Assembly (NCBI GenBank): GCA_049598495.1
Contig: JBMYNR010000001.1
Location: 72,172-136,171 of the forward strand
DNA: 64,000 bases
Direction of reading: 5' to 3'
Origin: Opitutales bacterium
GTDB lineage: Bacteria; Verrucomicrobiota; Verrucomicrobiia; Opitutales; Coraliomargaritaceae
The position numbers were made by a program, and so were the translations under genes. A model generated the notes under the pieces. That model had not been told where the DNA came from, did no database searches, and saw only the letters and a list, made by a program, of their open reading frames with translations. Of the stretch, positions 29,798 through 42,498 are shown piece by piece; the stretch's first letter is position 1, and every line of letters begins with the position of its first letter.

Positions 29798-29844
29798 AAA
29801 GAGGAGTGAGTTGTGAGTAGTGGGGAGTAAGTTGTGATAATTAT

Positions 29845-30087
29845 CTAAGTTTCGACTTCTGCGCTGGAGCCTCTGGCGATGGATAAAAAGTTCCTGAATT
29901 TAGTGGAGCCGGTTCTGGCCTGGCCCTCAGTCATGTTAGACGGGATGGATACCGCTGCTCTTTGGATTTGATTGGTGTGTCCATCGCTCTCTTCTTTCGG
30001 AAAGCTCTGCATGCGTGTATACACGAGATCCACAAAGGTCATTGATTTCCGCCAGACAATCAAATCACGGTAACTCTGAACACTCAT
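29845..30087 (-). pseudogene. Truncated four-helix-bundle protein (23S rRNA IVS protein/Avd-like family)
   Basis: [43 protein letters not shown], then TAG where this family usually has Gln; last helix absent. Confidence 0.8.
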
Positions 30088-30130
30088 CTCGGATATCTCA
30101 CGACGCCCCACTCTTCACGCCTACTATAGG

Positions 30131-30964
30131 CTAGCGAATGGCAGGATCGCCCCAATTGAGTTTGTCGCGAACGATGGCGAAGTGGGAGTGGTCCGGATTC
30201 TGCATGAGGCGGAATTTCTTTTCCGCTACGGTAATCTTGATTGGGAAATTCCCGTTGGGTTCGAAGCGGACGCGGCCGTCGACCGTAATACGTGGGCCGG
30301 ATTCGCTTTCGCCGCTAGCCACGGTGATCTCGGTCGAGTTGTCGAAAATGACGGACCGGTTGCCGAGTGTGTGCGGGCAAATCGGAGTCATCGCAATGGC
30401 GCTGACCTTTGGACCGATGATGGGGCCTCCCGCCGAAAGATTGTATGCGGTCGAGCCGGTCGGTGTGGCGAAGATGAGTCCGTCGCAATGGTATTCCGAA
30501 ACGGCATTGCCGTTGCACGAAACTTGAAGGCGGATGAGGCCGCGGCCTTCGGTTTCCTTAAGGACGACGTCGTTGAGCCCGTAGACGGATTGACCACTCT
30601 GTGTGGCGCAGGTTAGTACGGAGCGCTCGGCGATGCTGTATTCTCCGCGGATGAGGGCGGGAAGCTTGTCGCCTGCTTCCTCTTGGGTGAAGGTGGCCAG
30701 AAAGCCCAGTTTGCCAAGGTTCACACCGAGAACAGCCGCGCCGGATTCGAGGGCGGCATCAAGGACGCCGAGAAGCGTGCCGTCCCCACCGATCGCACAG
30801 CAAAGATCCTGACCTTCCAGTGCGTCCGGTGGCAGTGGGTATTTGGTGGTAATTCGCGTGCGCACGCCCTCGCACTCGGCAATGCCTGCGAGAAAACGGG
30901 CCGCGTCTTCGGTTCCGGGCTTGGTCGTGTTGACCGCGAAGGTGATGGTTTCGATTGCTTGCAT
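30131..30964 (-). CDS. nadK: NAD kinase
   Basis: [43 protein letters not shown]. Confidence 0.96.
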   Translation of the reverse strand: MQAIETITFAVNTTKPGTEDAARFLAGIAECEGVRTRITTKYPLPPDALEGQDLCCAIGGDGTLLGVLDAALESGAAVLGVNLGKLGFLATFTQEEAGDKLPALIRGEYSIAERSVLTCATQSGQSVYGLNDVVLKETEGRGLIRLQVSCNGNAVSEYHCDGLIFATPTGSTAYNLSAGGPIIGPKVSAIAMTPICPHTLGNRSVIFDNSTEITVASGESESGPRITVDGRVRFEPNGNFPIKITVAEKKFRLMQNPDHSHFAIVRDKLNWGDPAIR

Positions 30965-30971
30965 AGCTCTC

Positions 30972-31529
30972 TTATTCGGCCAGACGAATTTCCTGTGCTA
31001 GGATGACAAGCTGACTTGAATGATTCGGGAGTGGGTGCACTTGCCCGCGCAGATAGACCCTCTGGCCAAGATAGGGAGATAGGTCGCTGATAAAGACGCC
31101 TGATAAATCGACACAGGCGATAAGACGGCCTTCGAGCGAACGGAGTCGGATGGGATAAGTGGGTCCCTCGGTCGCAATCTCACGGGTTAGGAGGCCCGTG
31201 AGTAGGCGCGGGGTCTTGGCGGGGCCGAACTGTGCGACCGCTTCACGGGCCTGAGTATTGGATGGGCTTACGACCAGATCGAGGACTTTCGAATCGACAT
31301 CTTCGCTCGAGGATTCGGAATCCGGAGTGGGGGAGCTGGTCGCCGTGATTTTTGCAGTGACCGGTGCCTCTGCCATCGATGCGTCAATCAAGGGTTCGTC
31401 AATCAAGGGTTCGTCAATCAAGGGTGCGTCAATCAAGGGTGCGTATTGCGATCGGTTCTCTTTACCCGCATGCAAGTGGGCAAGGAGCCCGAAACAACTG
31501 AGCTTGTAGCCGGCGAGCTTCAATTTCAT
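30972..31529 (-). CDS. Hypothetical protein with a pentapeptide tandem repeat
   Basis: 185-aa ORF co-oriented between the pseudouridine synthase gene and nadK; OB-like C-terminus ([10 protein letters not shown]). Confidence 0.65.
   Translation of the reverse strand: MKLKLAGYKLSCFGLLAHLHAGKENRSQYAPLIDAPLIDEPLIDEPLIDASMAEAPVTAKITATSSPTPDSESSSEDVDSKVLDLVVSPSNTQAREAVAQFGPAKTPRLLTGLLTREIATEGPTYPIRLRSLEGRLIACVDLSGVFISDLSPYLGQRVYLRGQVHPLPNHSSQLVILAQEIRLAE
31381..31444. repeat. 15-bp tandem repeat x4 (encodes [10 protein letters not shown])
   Basis: (K)CGTCAATCAAGGGT repeated four times. Confidence 0.92.
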
Positions 31530-31570
31530 AGTTTGAGAAATGTGGCGAATCCGGCGGGTTTTGGCCAGCG

Positions 31571-32305
31571 TTAACGGCCAAAGAGTCGGTCGATGTCTTT
31601 TTTACCCAGAATCTTAATGCCTCCCCGTGGGAGATTCTTTAAAAGGATGCCACCGATCCGTACCCGCACGAGCTTCTTAACGAAGTAACGATTGACTTCG
31701 AAGAGTCGTCGCACCTCACGTTTTTTGCCGTGATGCAGATGCACCTCGAGTCGGCGTTGGTGCCCCTCGCCGACCTGTGGTGCCGGGATGACTTTCTCGG
31801 CTTTGAGAAAGTCGCCCTCATATTCGACGCCATTGAGAAGCTTGGGGATGTCATCCTTATTAAAGTCTCGGTGCAGCACCACCCTGTATCGCTTCACAAT
31901 CTGGGTGCTCGGATGCGTCAGCCGATGCGCAAGGTCGCCGTCATTGGTGATGACGAGTAATCCCTCACTGTCTTTGTCTAATCGTCCTGCGCAAAATAGA
32001 CGTTGTCGCTGGAGATCAGGTGGCAGCAAATCGAAAACGGTGCGTTCCGCGTGGGGATCCGCATTTGTGCAGAGGACACCCTTCGGTTTATTCATGATTA
32101 GAGTGACCGGTCGCTCCTCTCTGCGAGGAATAGGCTTGTTCTTAACAAATATGGCGGCATCGGGTGTCGCCTTATCGCCGAGTTGCGCGATTTTTCCATT
32201 CACACGAACCTGGCCGTCCTCAATGTACCGCTCCGCCTCACGACGGGAACAGAGGCCTGAGTTCGCGATGAGTTTCTGAATGCGTTGTGCTACATGGTCT
32301 GACAT
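31571..32305 (-). CDS. RluB/RsuA-family pseudouridine synthase
   Basis: S4 domain (RIQKLIA.SG.CSRREAE), NKPKG, GRLDKDSEGLL. Confidence 0.93.
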   Translation of the reverse strand: MSDHVAQRIQKLIANSGLCSRREAERYIEDGQVRVNGKIAQLGDKATPDAAIFVKNKPIPRREERPVTLIMNKPKGVLCTNADPHAERTVFDLLPPDLQRQRLFCAGRLDKDSEGLLVITNDGDLAHRLTHPSTQIVKRYRVVLHRDFNKDDIPKLLNGVEYEGDFLKAEKVIPAPQVGEGHQRRLEVHLHHGKKREVRRLFEVNRYFVKKLVRVRIGGILLKNLPRGGIKILGKKDIDRLFGR

Positions 32306-32404
32306 CGCGCTAACTAGAGCCTTTATCTCGGCTCCCTGTCAATGGTGCTGCTTCGTAACATTGGGCTTGCCCCGCTCCTCAGAATGGTTCGAGATTCCGC
32401 TCAC

Positions 32405-33153
<749 letters not shown>

Positions 33154-33196
33154 CCAAATTGTGAGAAGTTTCCGATAAACCTAAACTTAGAAAATT

Positions 33197-33451
33197 ATGT
33201 CAGATCAAACAATCGAACAACGCGTAAAGACAATTATCGTCGATCAGCTCAACGTGAATGAGGAGCAGGTCACACCGGAAGCATCCTTCTTGGATGACCT
33301 CGGTGCGGATTCTCTTGATACTGTGGAGCTTATTATGGCTTTCGAGGAAGAATTCAGCGATGAAATCGACGGCGAAATTCCCGAGTCCGACGCTGAAAAG
33401 CTTCAAACTGTTGGCGATGTGACGAAATATATCACCGAAAAGGCAGGATAG
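33197..33451 (+). CDS. acpP: Acyl carrier protein
   Basis: [20 protein letters not shown]. Confidence 0.97.
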   Translation: MSDQTIEQRVKTIIVDQLNVNEEQVTPEASFLDDLGADSLDTVELIMAFEEEFSDEIDGEIPESDAEKLQTVGDVTKYITEKAG

Positions 33452-33474
33452 AAGATTCTACTTTCAAACTTACG

Positions 33475-33504
33475 ATTAAGCCGCTTAAATGCGGCTTAAT
33501 TTTT
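33475..33504 (+). terminator. Hairpin between acpP and fabF (terminator or mRNA stabiliser)
   Basis: ATTAAGCCGC-TTAAAT-GCGGCTTAAT followed by TTTT. Confidence 0.6.
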
Positions 33505-33515
33505 ATACCGACATC

Positions 33516-34769
33516 ATGAGTGGAGAAATTGAGAGAAAACGAGTCGTGATCACGGGTATCGGCACGGTTACCAGTTATGGTGACGGCGTTGAGACCTTTT
33601 GGGATAATTTGCTGGCAGGAAAGAGTGGGATCGCCCGGGTCCAGTCCTTTGATGTGACAGACTATGCGTCGCAAGTTGGGGCCGAATGCCTCGAGTTTGA
33701 TGCGGCCACGTATATGGATCCGAAAGAGGCGCGCAGAAATGACCGCTATACCCAGTTTGCTGTCGCGGGTGCGCGCTTGGCTCTTAAGGATGCGGATCTG
33801 GATCCGGCAACGCTCGAAGCGGACCGTTTTGGCGTGCTTATCGGCTCCGGGATCGGCGGGATGATGACGATTCAAACACAGAGCCGTCGCCTCTTTGAAA
33901 TGGGGCCACGGAAGGTTTCTCCTTTCATGATTCCCTCGTTGATTGCAAATATTGCGAGCGGTGTTGTGGCTATCGAAGTGGGTGCCCGTGGTCCAAACTA
34001 CGGGATTGTCAGTGCCTGTGCGTCTGGCACTCACAGTATCGGTGAGGCTTATCAGATGATCCGTGATGGTGAGGCTGAAGTGATGCTTGCCGGTGGCAGT
34101 GAAGCGGCGATTACCGAGCTCGGTTACGCCGGTTTTTGTTCGATGAAGGCCATGAGTACGAGTTATAACGACGCCCCTGAAACGGCTAGTCGACCCTTCG
34201 ATAAGGGGCGTGATGGCTTCATTATGGGTGAGGGCACGGGGGTTCTTGTTATGGAGACGTTGGAGCACGCTCAAGCCCGTGGCGCGACGATTTATTGCGA
34301 AATCGGCGGTTATAGCGCGACTTGTGATGCCTATCACATCACCTCGCCCGACCCTGAAGGGAAAGCACTCGGCGCAGCGATGACCAATGTAATCAAGGAG
34401 GCTGGAATCACTCCTCAGGACGTGAGCTATATTAACGCTCACGGCACCTCGACCCCGTATAATGACAAATTCGAGACTGCCGCGATTAAGAAGGCCCTCG
34501 GTGACGCGGCCTATGAACTCGCGGTTTCTTCGACCAAGGGGATGACCGGCCACCTGCTTGGAGCGGCTGGAGGGATCGAATCGGCGGTTTGTGCACTGGC
34601 GATTCGTGACGACAAAATCCCTCCGACGATCAACTACAATGATCCTGATCCCGACTGTGACCTCGATTACGTGCCTAACAAGATGCGTGATGCGGAGGTG
34701 AATGTCGCCGTGTGTAATAATCTTGGCTTCGGTGGTCACAATGCCACCCTTCTCTTTAAGAAGATCTAG
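33516..34769 (+). CDS. fabF: Beta-ketoacyl-ACP synthase II
   Basis: RVVITG, SACASG, INAHGTST, GHLLGAAG, GFGGHN. Confidence 0.96.
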   Translation: MSGEIERKRVVITGIGTVTSYGDGVETFWDNLLAGKSGIARVQSFDVTDYASQVGAECLEFDAATYMDPKEARRNDRYTQFAVAGARLALKDADLDPATLEADRFGVLIGSGIGGMMTIQTQSRRLFEMGPRKVSPFMIPSLIANIASGVVAIEVGARGPNYGIVSACASGTHSIGEAYQMIRDGEAEVMLAGGSEAAITELGYAGFCSMKAMSTSYNDAPETASRPFDKGRDGFIMGEGTGVLVMETLEHAQARGATIYCEIGGYSATCDAYHITSPDPEGKALGAAMTNVIKEAGITPQDVSYINAHGTSTPYNDKFETAAIKKALGDAAYELAVSSTKGMTGHLLGAAGGIESAVCALAIRDDKIPPTINYNDPDPDCDLDYVPNKMRDAEVNVAVCNNLGFGGHNATLLFKKI

Positions 34770-34911
34770 TCTTCGGGGTTTCGTCGGCTCTAGCTCCCAG
34801 TCAGTGACTGTCGAATGTATCCGATACATGGCCCGTATGGGCACTTTTTCCTGTTGGAAACCATGACGGCTTGCAACTTTCCGATTGTTCCACAGCTTCG
34901 TGTGCTTCGAA

Positions 34912-35550
34912 ATGTCTGAAGATTCCACATTAACCAAGCCACGACTCGCTGTTATTGATTATGGTATGGGTAATCTGCGTAGTGTTGTCCGTGCTTGGCA
35001 GCATGTGGGAGCACACGCACACCTTGTTGATACACCCGATCAGATCGTTGGATCGGACGCCCTGGTTTTTCCGGGCCAGGGAGCGATTGTGGACGCGATG
35101 CGACTTCTTCGAGAGACCGGTTTTGACCGTGCGATTCGTGACTGGATCGAGGCGGATCGCCCCTTTTTTGGGATTTGTCTTGGTCTCCAGGCACTCTTTG
35201 AGCATTCAGAAGAAGGGGATACGCCCGCGCTCGGCATCTTCAAAGGTTCGGTCAAGCGCTTCCAAATAAATCCTTCCCTGAAGATCCCACACATGGGTTG
35301 GAATGCAGTTAATTTCCAAGCGGGTGCCCCTTTGACCTATGGGTTGCAATCCGGGAAAGATCAATTCTACTTTGTGCACAGTTATTATATCGACCCCGTT
35401 GACGCGGATTTGGCTCTCTTCCGAACCGATTACGGTGGGGAATTTGTTTCCGGAATTCAGCGTGGGAAGTGCTACGCGACTCAGTTTCATCCCGAAAAAA
35501 GTCAGGCAAAAGGATTGCATCTATATCGAAATTTTTTGAGATCGCTCTAG
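34912..35550 (+). CDS. hisH: Imidazole glycerol phosphate synthase, glutamine amidotransferase subunit
   Basis: [37 protein letters not shown]. Confidence 0.96.
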   Translation: MSEDSTLTKPRLAVIDYGMGNLRSVVRAWQHVGAHAHLVDTPDQIVGSDALVFPGQGAIVDAMRLLRETGFDRAIRDWIEADRPFFGICLGLQALFEHSEEGDTPALGIFKGSVKRFQINPSLKIPHMGWNAVNFQAGAPLTYGLQSGKDQFYFVHSYYIDPVDADLALFRTDYGGEFVSGIQRGKCYATQFHPEKSQAKGLHLYRNFLRSL

Positions 35551-35615
35551 TAATCAAGGAGATACGTCTAAGCGTTGATTGACGACCACTCAGGCAGAGC
35601 ACGACCATCAAGACC

Positions 35616-36902
<1,287 letters not shown>

Positions 36903-36927
36903 AGAGACGATTATTTTTTGTGCCCGT

Positions 36928-37827
36928 TCACTTCGATGGGCGAGAGTTGCGTGCGCGTTCCATGAAATCCTGGAGGTAATCTACCTGATGGCGATCGTCG
37001 CGAATCCCTAGGAATATTTTTTTGGCGAGCCCCTTTTTACCGAGACGGATTGGCTGAATCGAATATTCCTTCATATGCTCCTCGACTAACCATCGTGGAA
37101 GTGCGGCAACTCCTCGTCCGCAAGCGACCATCTGGAGCATTATGTCTGTGGTTTCCACGATTTTTTGACGTCGTACGCTTCGCCCTGCTGGGGTTAAGAA
37201 ATGCTTGTAGATATCGAGTCGGTCTTGGGGCACTGGGAAAGTGAATAGTAGTTCGTCGCCCAGGTGGCGCGGAATGACGTAATCGGAATCAGCAAGTTTG
37301 TGGTCGGACGCAACGACTAGAACTTGCTCATAGTCAAAGACAGATTCGAATGATAGACCCTTTTTATGGTAGGGATCTGGCGTCACAAGAATGTCGATCT
37401 CGTGGGCGAATAGAGCGCCCACCGCTCCAAACTGAAACGCTTGCCTTACATCAAGATCGACCATTGGCCATTCTCGTAAATAGGGAGTCGTAATTCTGTG
37501 TAACCACCTGTAGCACGGGTGACACTCCATGCCGATGCGCAAGGTGCCACGTTCACCTCTGGCAAATTGCTGAATTTGTTCTTCAGTGTTGAGAAATTGG
37601 GGAATCAATCGGCTTGCTGCGTTGAGTAGGTGAGTCCCTGCTTGGGTTGGAATGAGCTTTCTCCCTTCGCGATGCCAGAGCTTAATACTTAACTGGTCTT
37701 CGAGCTTCCGCATGCTATGGCTCAGGGCGGACTGAGTGAGATGTAGGGCTTTAGCGGCTGCGGTCATACTGCCATGGTGATGAATAGCGTGTATGATTTC
37801 CAAATGGATGCGTTCGATGTAGAGCAT
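36928..37827 (-). CDS. metR: LysR-family regulator MetR
   Basis: HLTQSALSH HTH, GMECHPCY.WL, GVAALPRW; divergent from metE. Confidence 0.9.
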   Translation of the reverse strand: MLYIERIHLEIIHAIHHHGSMTAAAKALHLTQSALSHSMRKLEDQLSIKLWHREGRKLIPTQAGTHLLNAASRLIPQFLNTEEQIQQFARGERGTLRIGMECHPCYRWLHRITTPYLREWPMVDLDVRQAFQFGAVGALFAHEIDILVTPDPYHKKGLSFESVFDYEQVLVVASDHKLADSDYVIPRHLGDELLFTFPVPQDRLDIYKHFLTPAGRSVRRQKIVETTDIMLQMVACGRGVAALPRWLVEEHMKEYSIQPIRLGKKGLAKKIFLGIRDDRHQVDYLQDFMERARNSRPSK

Positions 37828-37835
37828 GGTTACCG

Positions 37836-37886
37836 ATGAATAGTGTGCATTGATTCATGAATAAATACCATTTTTATTCATGAATC
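37836..37886. promoter_or_regulatory. Putative MetR operator region
   Basis: ATGAA-N5-TGCAT at 37836 and a perfect 14-bp inverted repeat GATTCATGAATAAA/TTTATTCATGAATC at 37852-37886. Confidence 0.65.
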
Positions 37887-37907
37887 GAGTCTGTTATTCT
37901 AGAGCCC

Positions 37908-40262
37908 ATGTCTAAAATCGAAGCAAACAAGGATTCAATCACTACACATTCACTTGGCTATCCGCGTATCGGAGGGCGACGCGAATTAAAAAAGGCAACT
38001 GAAGCCTTCTGGAAGGGACGATTAACACTTGAGGAGTTGATTGCTACTGGAAAGCGCTTACGTGCTCTTAACTGGAAAAAGCAACAGATGACGGGGATCG
38101 ACCTGATTCCTGTTAATGACTTTTCGTTCTATGACCAAGTGTTGGATATGAGTTGCCTGCTCGGCAATCTGCCACCTCGCTTTGGCATAAACGAAAAAGA
38201 AATCGGAGTGGAGGCCGCATTTACGGTTGCTCGTGGAACTCAAGGGGGAGCCTCATTAGTTGAGGATGAAAAAGATTGTCAGACTGGCAAGGTTTCTACC
38301 TTTGCGAGCGAGATGACGAAGTGGTTTGACACAAACTATCACTACATTGTGCCGGAGCTTCGTGCGGATACTGAGTTCTCCTTGAGTCACCTTAAAGTGA
38401 TTGAAGAATTTGAAGAAGCAAAGGCATTGGGAATTAATGGAAAGCCCATACTCATTGGACCCGTGACATATTTATCGCTCGGTAAGGTTCAAGATTCCAA
38501 GAACAATGACTTCGAGCCGCTTAATTTACTTGAGAAATTGATCCCCGTTTATTGCGAGGTGATTACAAAGTTAAGTGATGCAAGGGCAGAGTGGATTCAG
38601 CTCGATGAGCCAATTTTCTCGACGGATCTTAGTGAGGCTCAGCGTTATGCATTAAAGTATGCCTACTCGAAGCTTTCCTGTATTGAAAATCGGTCGAAAA
38701 TACTTGTCGCTACGTACTTTGGTGGTGTCCGGGAAAATCTCACCGACTACCTTACCCTACCAGTCGACGGCCTCCATTTCGATTTTATTCGTGGGGCTGA
38801 AGAGTTTGAAACAGTTTTGGACCAGTTCCCAAGGGGTAAAGTGTTGTCTGCGGGTGTGGTCGATGGCAGGAACGTTTGGAAGAACGATTTCGATGTGACG
38901 CTTGAATTATTGCGTAAGGCTGAGATTGCGCTCGGACAGGATAAGCTATGGATCGCGCCGACCTGCTCGCTGCTGCATTCACCCATCACACTTGAGGATG
39001 AACCCGCCCTGGATCCCGAGCTCAGGGGCTGGCTGGCATTTGCGGATGAAAAGTTGACTGAAGTTTATCAACTTGGAGAGATTCTTAAGGGACGTGGTAG
39101 TGAATCGCTTTTGATGAATAATCGATTGGCGATTGCGTCACGCAAGTCGAGCTCCAGCATACACTCGGAGCATGTGAAAGCAAGGCTTGCTTCGGTGAAG
39201 CCAGATGATTTTGAGAGAAAATCGAATTTTGAAATTCGTCGGGAGCAACAACGAGAGAAGCTGAATCTACCTGAATTTCCAACATCAACAATCGGTTCGT
39301 TTCCCCAGACGAAAGAGGTTCGTCAAGCACGTGCAAAATGGAAAAGAGGTGAGCTCAGCGATTCGGCTTATGATCAATTCCTAAAGGAAGAAACTGCGAA
39401 ATGTGTTCATTTCCAGGATGCAATTGGTATTGATATGTTGGTTCACGGCGAGTTCGAGCGTAATGACATGGTCGAGTATTTTGGTGAGAATCTTGAAGGG
39501 TTTACATTTACCGAAAACGGCTGGGTCCAAAGCTTTGGTACTCGCTGCGTAAAACCGCCAGTTATCTATGGTGATGTCAGTCGGCGGGGGCCGATAACAG
39601 TTCATTGGTCTGAGTATGCACAGTCGCTAACGACCCGTCCTATGAAGGGAATGCTCACAGGCCCCGTGACGATTTTACAATGGAGCTTTGTACGTGATGA
39701 TCAGCCGAGGTCGGTTACGGCACACCAGATAGCTTTGGCAATACGAGATGAAGTGATCGATTTAGAAGCCGCCGGAATTGCTGCTATTCAAATTGATGAA
39801 CCAGCTTTTCGCGAGGGCTTGCCGCTGCGCCGTATAGATTGGTGTGGCTATCTCGACTGGGCTGTTAAGGCCTTCCGGCTAAGTGCTAGCGGTGTTAAAG
39901 ATACGACTCAGATCCACACTCATATGTGCTATTCTGAGTTCAACGACATTATTGATTCGATCACGGAGATGGATGCTGATGTTATTACAATCGAGACATC
40001 TCGCTCGAATATGGACTTGCTTGGTGCATTTGTTGAGTTCGACTATCCGAATGAGATCGGTCCAGGTGTTTACGATATTCATTCACCTCGCATCCCTCAG
40101 GTCGATGAAATGATGAATCTGATTGTCAAGGCGGAGTCCGTACTTCCTCGTAGGAACTTGTGGATCAACCCAGACTGCGGGCTAAAAACCCGACAATGGT
40201 CAGAAGTAAAGCCGTCACTGAGCAACATGGTAGAGGCCGCTAAATTGCTAAGGAGATCATGA
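37908..40262 (+). CDS. metE: Cobalamin-independent methionine synthase
   Basis: LGYPRIG, MTKWFDTNYHY, HGEFERNDMVEYF, HTHMCYSEF, WINPDCGLKTR. Confidence 0.97.
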   Translation: MSKIEANKDSITTHSLGYPRIGGRRELKKATEAFWKGRLTLEELIATGKRLRALNWKKQQMTGIDLIPVNDFSFYDQVLDMSCLLGNLPPRFGINEKEIGVEAAFTVARGTQGGASLVEDEKDCQTGKVSTFASEMTKWFDTNYHYIVPELRADTEFSLSHLKVIEEFEEAKALGINGKPILIGPVTYLSLGKVQDSKNNDFEPLNLLEKLIPVYCEVITKLSDARAEWIQLDEPIFSTDLSEAQRYALKYAYSKLSCIENRSKILVATYFGGVRENLTDYLTLPVDGLHFDFIRGAEEFETVLDQFPRGKVLSAGVVDGRNVWKNDFDVTLELLRKAEIALGQDKLWIAPTCSLLHSPITLEDEPALDPELRGWLAFADEKLTEVYQLGEILKGRGSESLLMNNRLAIASRKSSSSIHSEHVKARLASVKPDDFERKSNFEIRREQQREKLNLPEFPTSTIGSFPQTKEVRQARAKWKRGELSDSAYDQFLKEETAKCVHFQDAIGIDMLVHGEFERNDMVEYFGENLEGFTFTENGWVQSFGTRCVKPPVIYGDVSRRGPITVHWSEYAQSLTTRPMKGMLTGPVTILQWSFVRDDQPRSVTAHQIALAIRDEVIDLEAAGIAAIQIDEPAFREGLPLRRIDWCGYLDWAVKAFRLSASGVKDTTQIHTHMCYSEFNDIIDSITEMDADVITIETSRSNMDLLGAFVEFDYPNEIGPGVYDIHSPRIPQVDEMMNLIVKAESVLPRRNLWINPDCGLKTRQWSEVKPSLSNMVEAAKLLRRS

Positions 40263-40373
40263 CATTTCTCAGCATTAAATTGTAATCAATCAGTCGATTC
40301 GAATGGAGATATACTTGAAATTGTTTGGCTCAAATTCTTGCCAAACTGGAGTGCTGCTTACAGCTTGTGGCCC

Positions 40374-40658
40374 ATGCTGCGCTTGATTGGGCAAATTTTC
40401 ACTTGGTTGCTAACCTGGCTCTATTATGTGCTGATCATTTGCATCGTGGGTGCGATGCTCGGTGTGGTCACGCATGTGCTCTTCGGTTGGTTCTTTATGG
40501 ACGGGCCGGACTACCGCTATCTGGCTTCGTTCGGGTTCTCGAATGGAATCCGCTATGGAGCTGTCTGGGCAGGAGGTTTGGCTATCGTGCTTTGTGTCAC
40601 GCGGGCCCGGAAGGCATACCTGCTCAAAAAGACTGCATCCGAGGAGGCCGCCAAATGA
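40374..40658 (+). CDS. Small hypothetical membrane protein
   Basis: Two hydrophobic helices; ATGA overlap with the next gene. Confidence 0.7.
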   Translation: MLRLIGQIFTWLLTWLYYVLIICIVGAMLGVVTHVLFGWFFMDGPDYRYLASFGFSNGIRYGAVWAGGLAIVLCVTRARKAYLLKKTASEEAAK

Positions 40659-41218
40659 GTCGATCCGATCGTATTCTCGTGTATCTGGTGGGTTTCGGAA
40701 TCGGTATGATCCTGGTCTGGATGATCCTTGCCCGTCGAGCGGCTAAAGAGGAGATGGCTGTGGATCCTTGGGTGGCGCATAATACGCAAGCCATCGAAGC
40801 CGGCGCCGAGCCTTTGCCCGCCGCAATCCCAGCTGCCATTCAGAAGGGTCGGATCATCGACTTCGGCTACCTGCCGAGCGTAGATGTGCCTAAGGAGAAG
40901 GTTTGGCTTCTCAACTTCGAGGAGAGTTATCCCTACGTGCGTGTGGTCGAGGATCTTGATTCCGGTGAGTTTCGCTACATGGCTGCGGACCAGATATCGA
41001 TTCAATTGGCCGATGGGGTTGATGTGACGGCACTCAAGCCGATGCTCGATGAGCTGGGCCTGCGTCTACGCATGTTCAACCGAAAGGAGCAGCTCGCGGT
41101 GGTGGGCGTTCTACACACTGGTATTGGTGCCATACCCGATACGATCGAGGCTCTCAAGGATTGGGGTGACTTATTTGTCAACGCGCAGCCGGATGTATTA
41201 CGCTTCCAGCCACGCTAG
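40655..41218 (+). CDS. Hypothetical protein with an N-terminal TM anchor
   Basis: GAGGAGG before ATG 40655; YLVGFGIGMILVWMIL anchor. Confidence 0.75.
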   Translation: MSRSDRILVYLVGFGIGMILVWMILARRAAKEEMAVDPWVAHNTQAIEAGAEPLPAAIPAAIQKGRIIDFGYLPSVDVPKEKVWLLNFEESYPYVRVVEDLDSGEFRYMAADQISIQLADGVDVTALKPMLDELGLRLRMFNRKEQLAVVGVLHTGIGAIPDTIEALKDWGDLFVNAQPDVLRFQPR

Positions 41219-41226
41219 AAATCCGC

Positions 41227-42498
41227 TTATTGGTAGATCTGAAAACGCTTCGTCGTCTGTTGAAAGCGTCGTGCCGCCTGGGACCAGGTTTCTACGAATT
41301 GATGGACGCGTGCTCCCGAGCCGCGGCTTGTAATTTCGTTCCACCAAGAGGTGCTGCCTACGTGTTTGTTAAAAAGAGTCGGGTTCTTCGAGGCCTTAAA
41401 GGGATTCGTTGGCGACCAAGTCGCTGCTAACTGCATCATATGAAAGCTGAGCTCGGTCGGCCGAAGGCTTCCCCAGTCGGTTACACTGACATAGACTCCT
41501 GAAACAGGCCTACCTGCTGCTGTGGTCGTTTGCACAATCCTGTAGTTCAGCCCGGGAATACGGCGCGCTTCGAGTGCCGTTTTGAGCTGCTGGGGTGTCT
41601 TGCCCTTGTAGTTTAAGAGTCGAAAGGGATAGGGTGTTCCGATGCCATGGCTGAAGCCACCTTCCTGAGCGCCAAGTCCGGTCATGGCATAGCCGAGCAC
41701 GGCCGACAGATCAGGAATGTAAGGTGAGGTGGGGATCCATGGCAGCCCTGTCTGCGTCCAGAGCATGTCGCGTGACCATCCACGCATCGGAATGATGGTT
41801 AGTTTCCCATTTTTACGGGCCGATTCCGCTGTATGCATCCAGCCGGGCATGTGCTTGGCCATTCGAGCGAGTTCCGCGATCGTAAGGCCATGGACGTAGG
41901 GCACGTAAAATGCGCCCACATAGCTTCGCCACCGCTCCTCTAGCGGAGGGCCATCAACTTTGAGGCCGCCAAGTGGGTTGGGGCGATCCAGAACAATGAC
42001 TTCGACACCATTCTCGAAACAGGCCTCCATGGCATAACGCATACAACTCACATAGGTGTAGGAGCGCACGCCCACATCCTGCAAATCAACCACCAATGCA
42101 TCAAGTCCACGTAGCATCTGTTTCGTTGGCTTGCGGTATTTTCCGTAAAGTGAGTGGACGGGGAGGCCGGTGCGTGGGTCAATCCTATCCTCTACCGGCA
42201 CGTTGGCTTTTTCGTTTCCGTAGATTCCGTGTTCCGGTCCGAAGAGAGCAACGAGGCGAGCATTGGGAGCTCGTTGAAGAACGTCGATGCTGCTCTCCCC
42301 CCGCCGATTGACCCCTGCGGGATGTGTCAAGAGTCCGACACGCTTGCCAGCGATTGCCTTGTAGCCACTGCGCTCGAGTCGGTCGATTCCCAGCATGATC
42401 GGCTCTGCTGGAGCCGACGTGACAAGGCCTGCGAGTAGGGATGCGACGATCCCAATCCTAGTCAGCATCCTGCGAAAAAAATATGGAAGGGGGATCAT
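41227..42498 (-). CDS. namZ: Exo-beta-N-acetylmuramidase NamZ (DUF1343)
   Basis: [43 protein letters not shown]. Confidence 0.88.
   Translation of the reverse strand: MIPLPYFFRRMLTRIGIVASLLAGLVTSAPAEPIMLGIDRLERSGYKAIAGKRVGLLTHPAGVNRRGESSIDVLQRAPNARLVALFGPEHGIYGNEKANVPVEDRIDPRTGLPVHSLYGKYRKPTKQMLRGLDALVVDLQDVGVRSYTYVSCMRYAMEACFENGVEVIVLDRPNPLGGLKVDGPPLEERWRSYVGAFYVPYVHGLTIAELARMAKHMPGWMHTAESARKNGKLTIIPMRGWSRDMLWTQTGLPWIPTSPYIPDLSAVLGYAMTGLGAQEGGFSHGIGTPYPFRLLNYKGKTPQQLKTALEARRIPGLNYRIVQTTTAAGRPVSGVYVSVTDWGSLRPTELSFHMMQLAATWSPTNPFKASKNPTLFNKHVGSTSWWNEITSRGSGARVHQFVETWSQAARRFQQTTKRFQIYQ

Noticed and set aside
29845..30087. Diversity-generating retroelement suggested by the Avd-like gene
   Set aside because: No reverse transcriptase and no template/variable repeat pair with adenine-specific differences in the window
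33432..34937. 501-aa antisense ORF over fabF
   Set aside because: Shadow frame of a conserved gene with biased codon usage; no recognisable motifs
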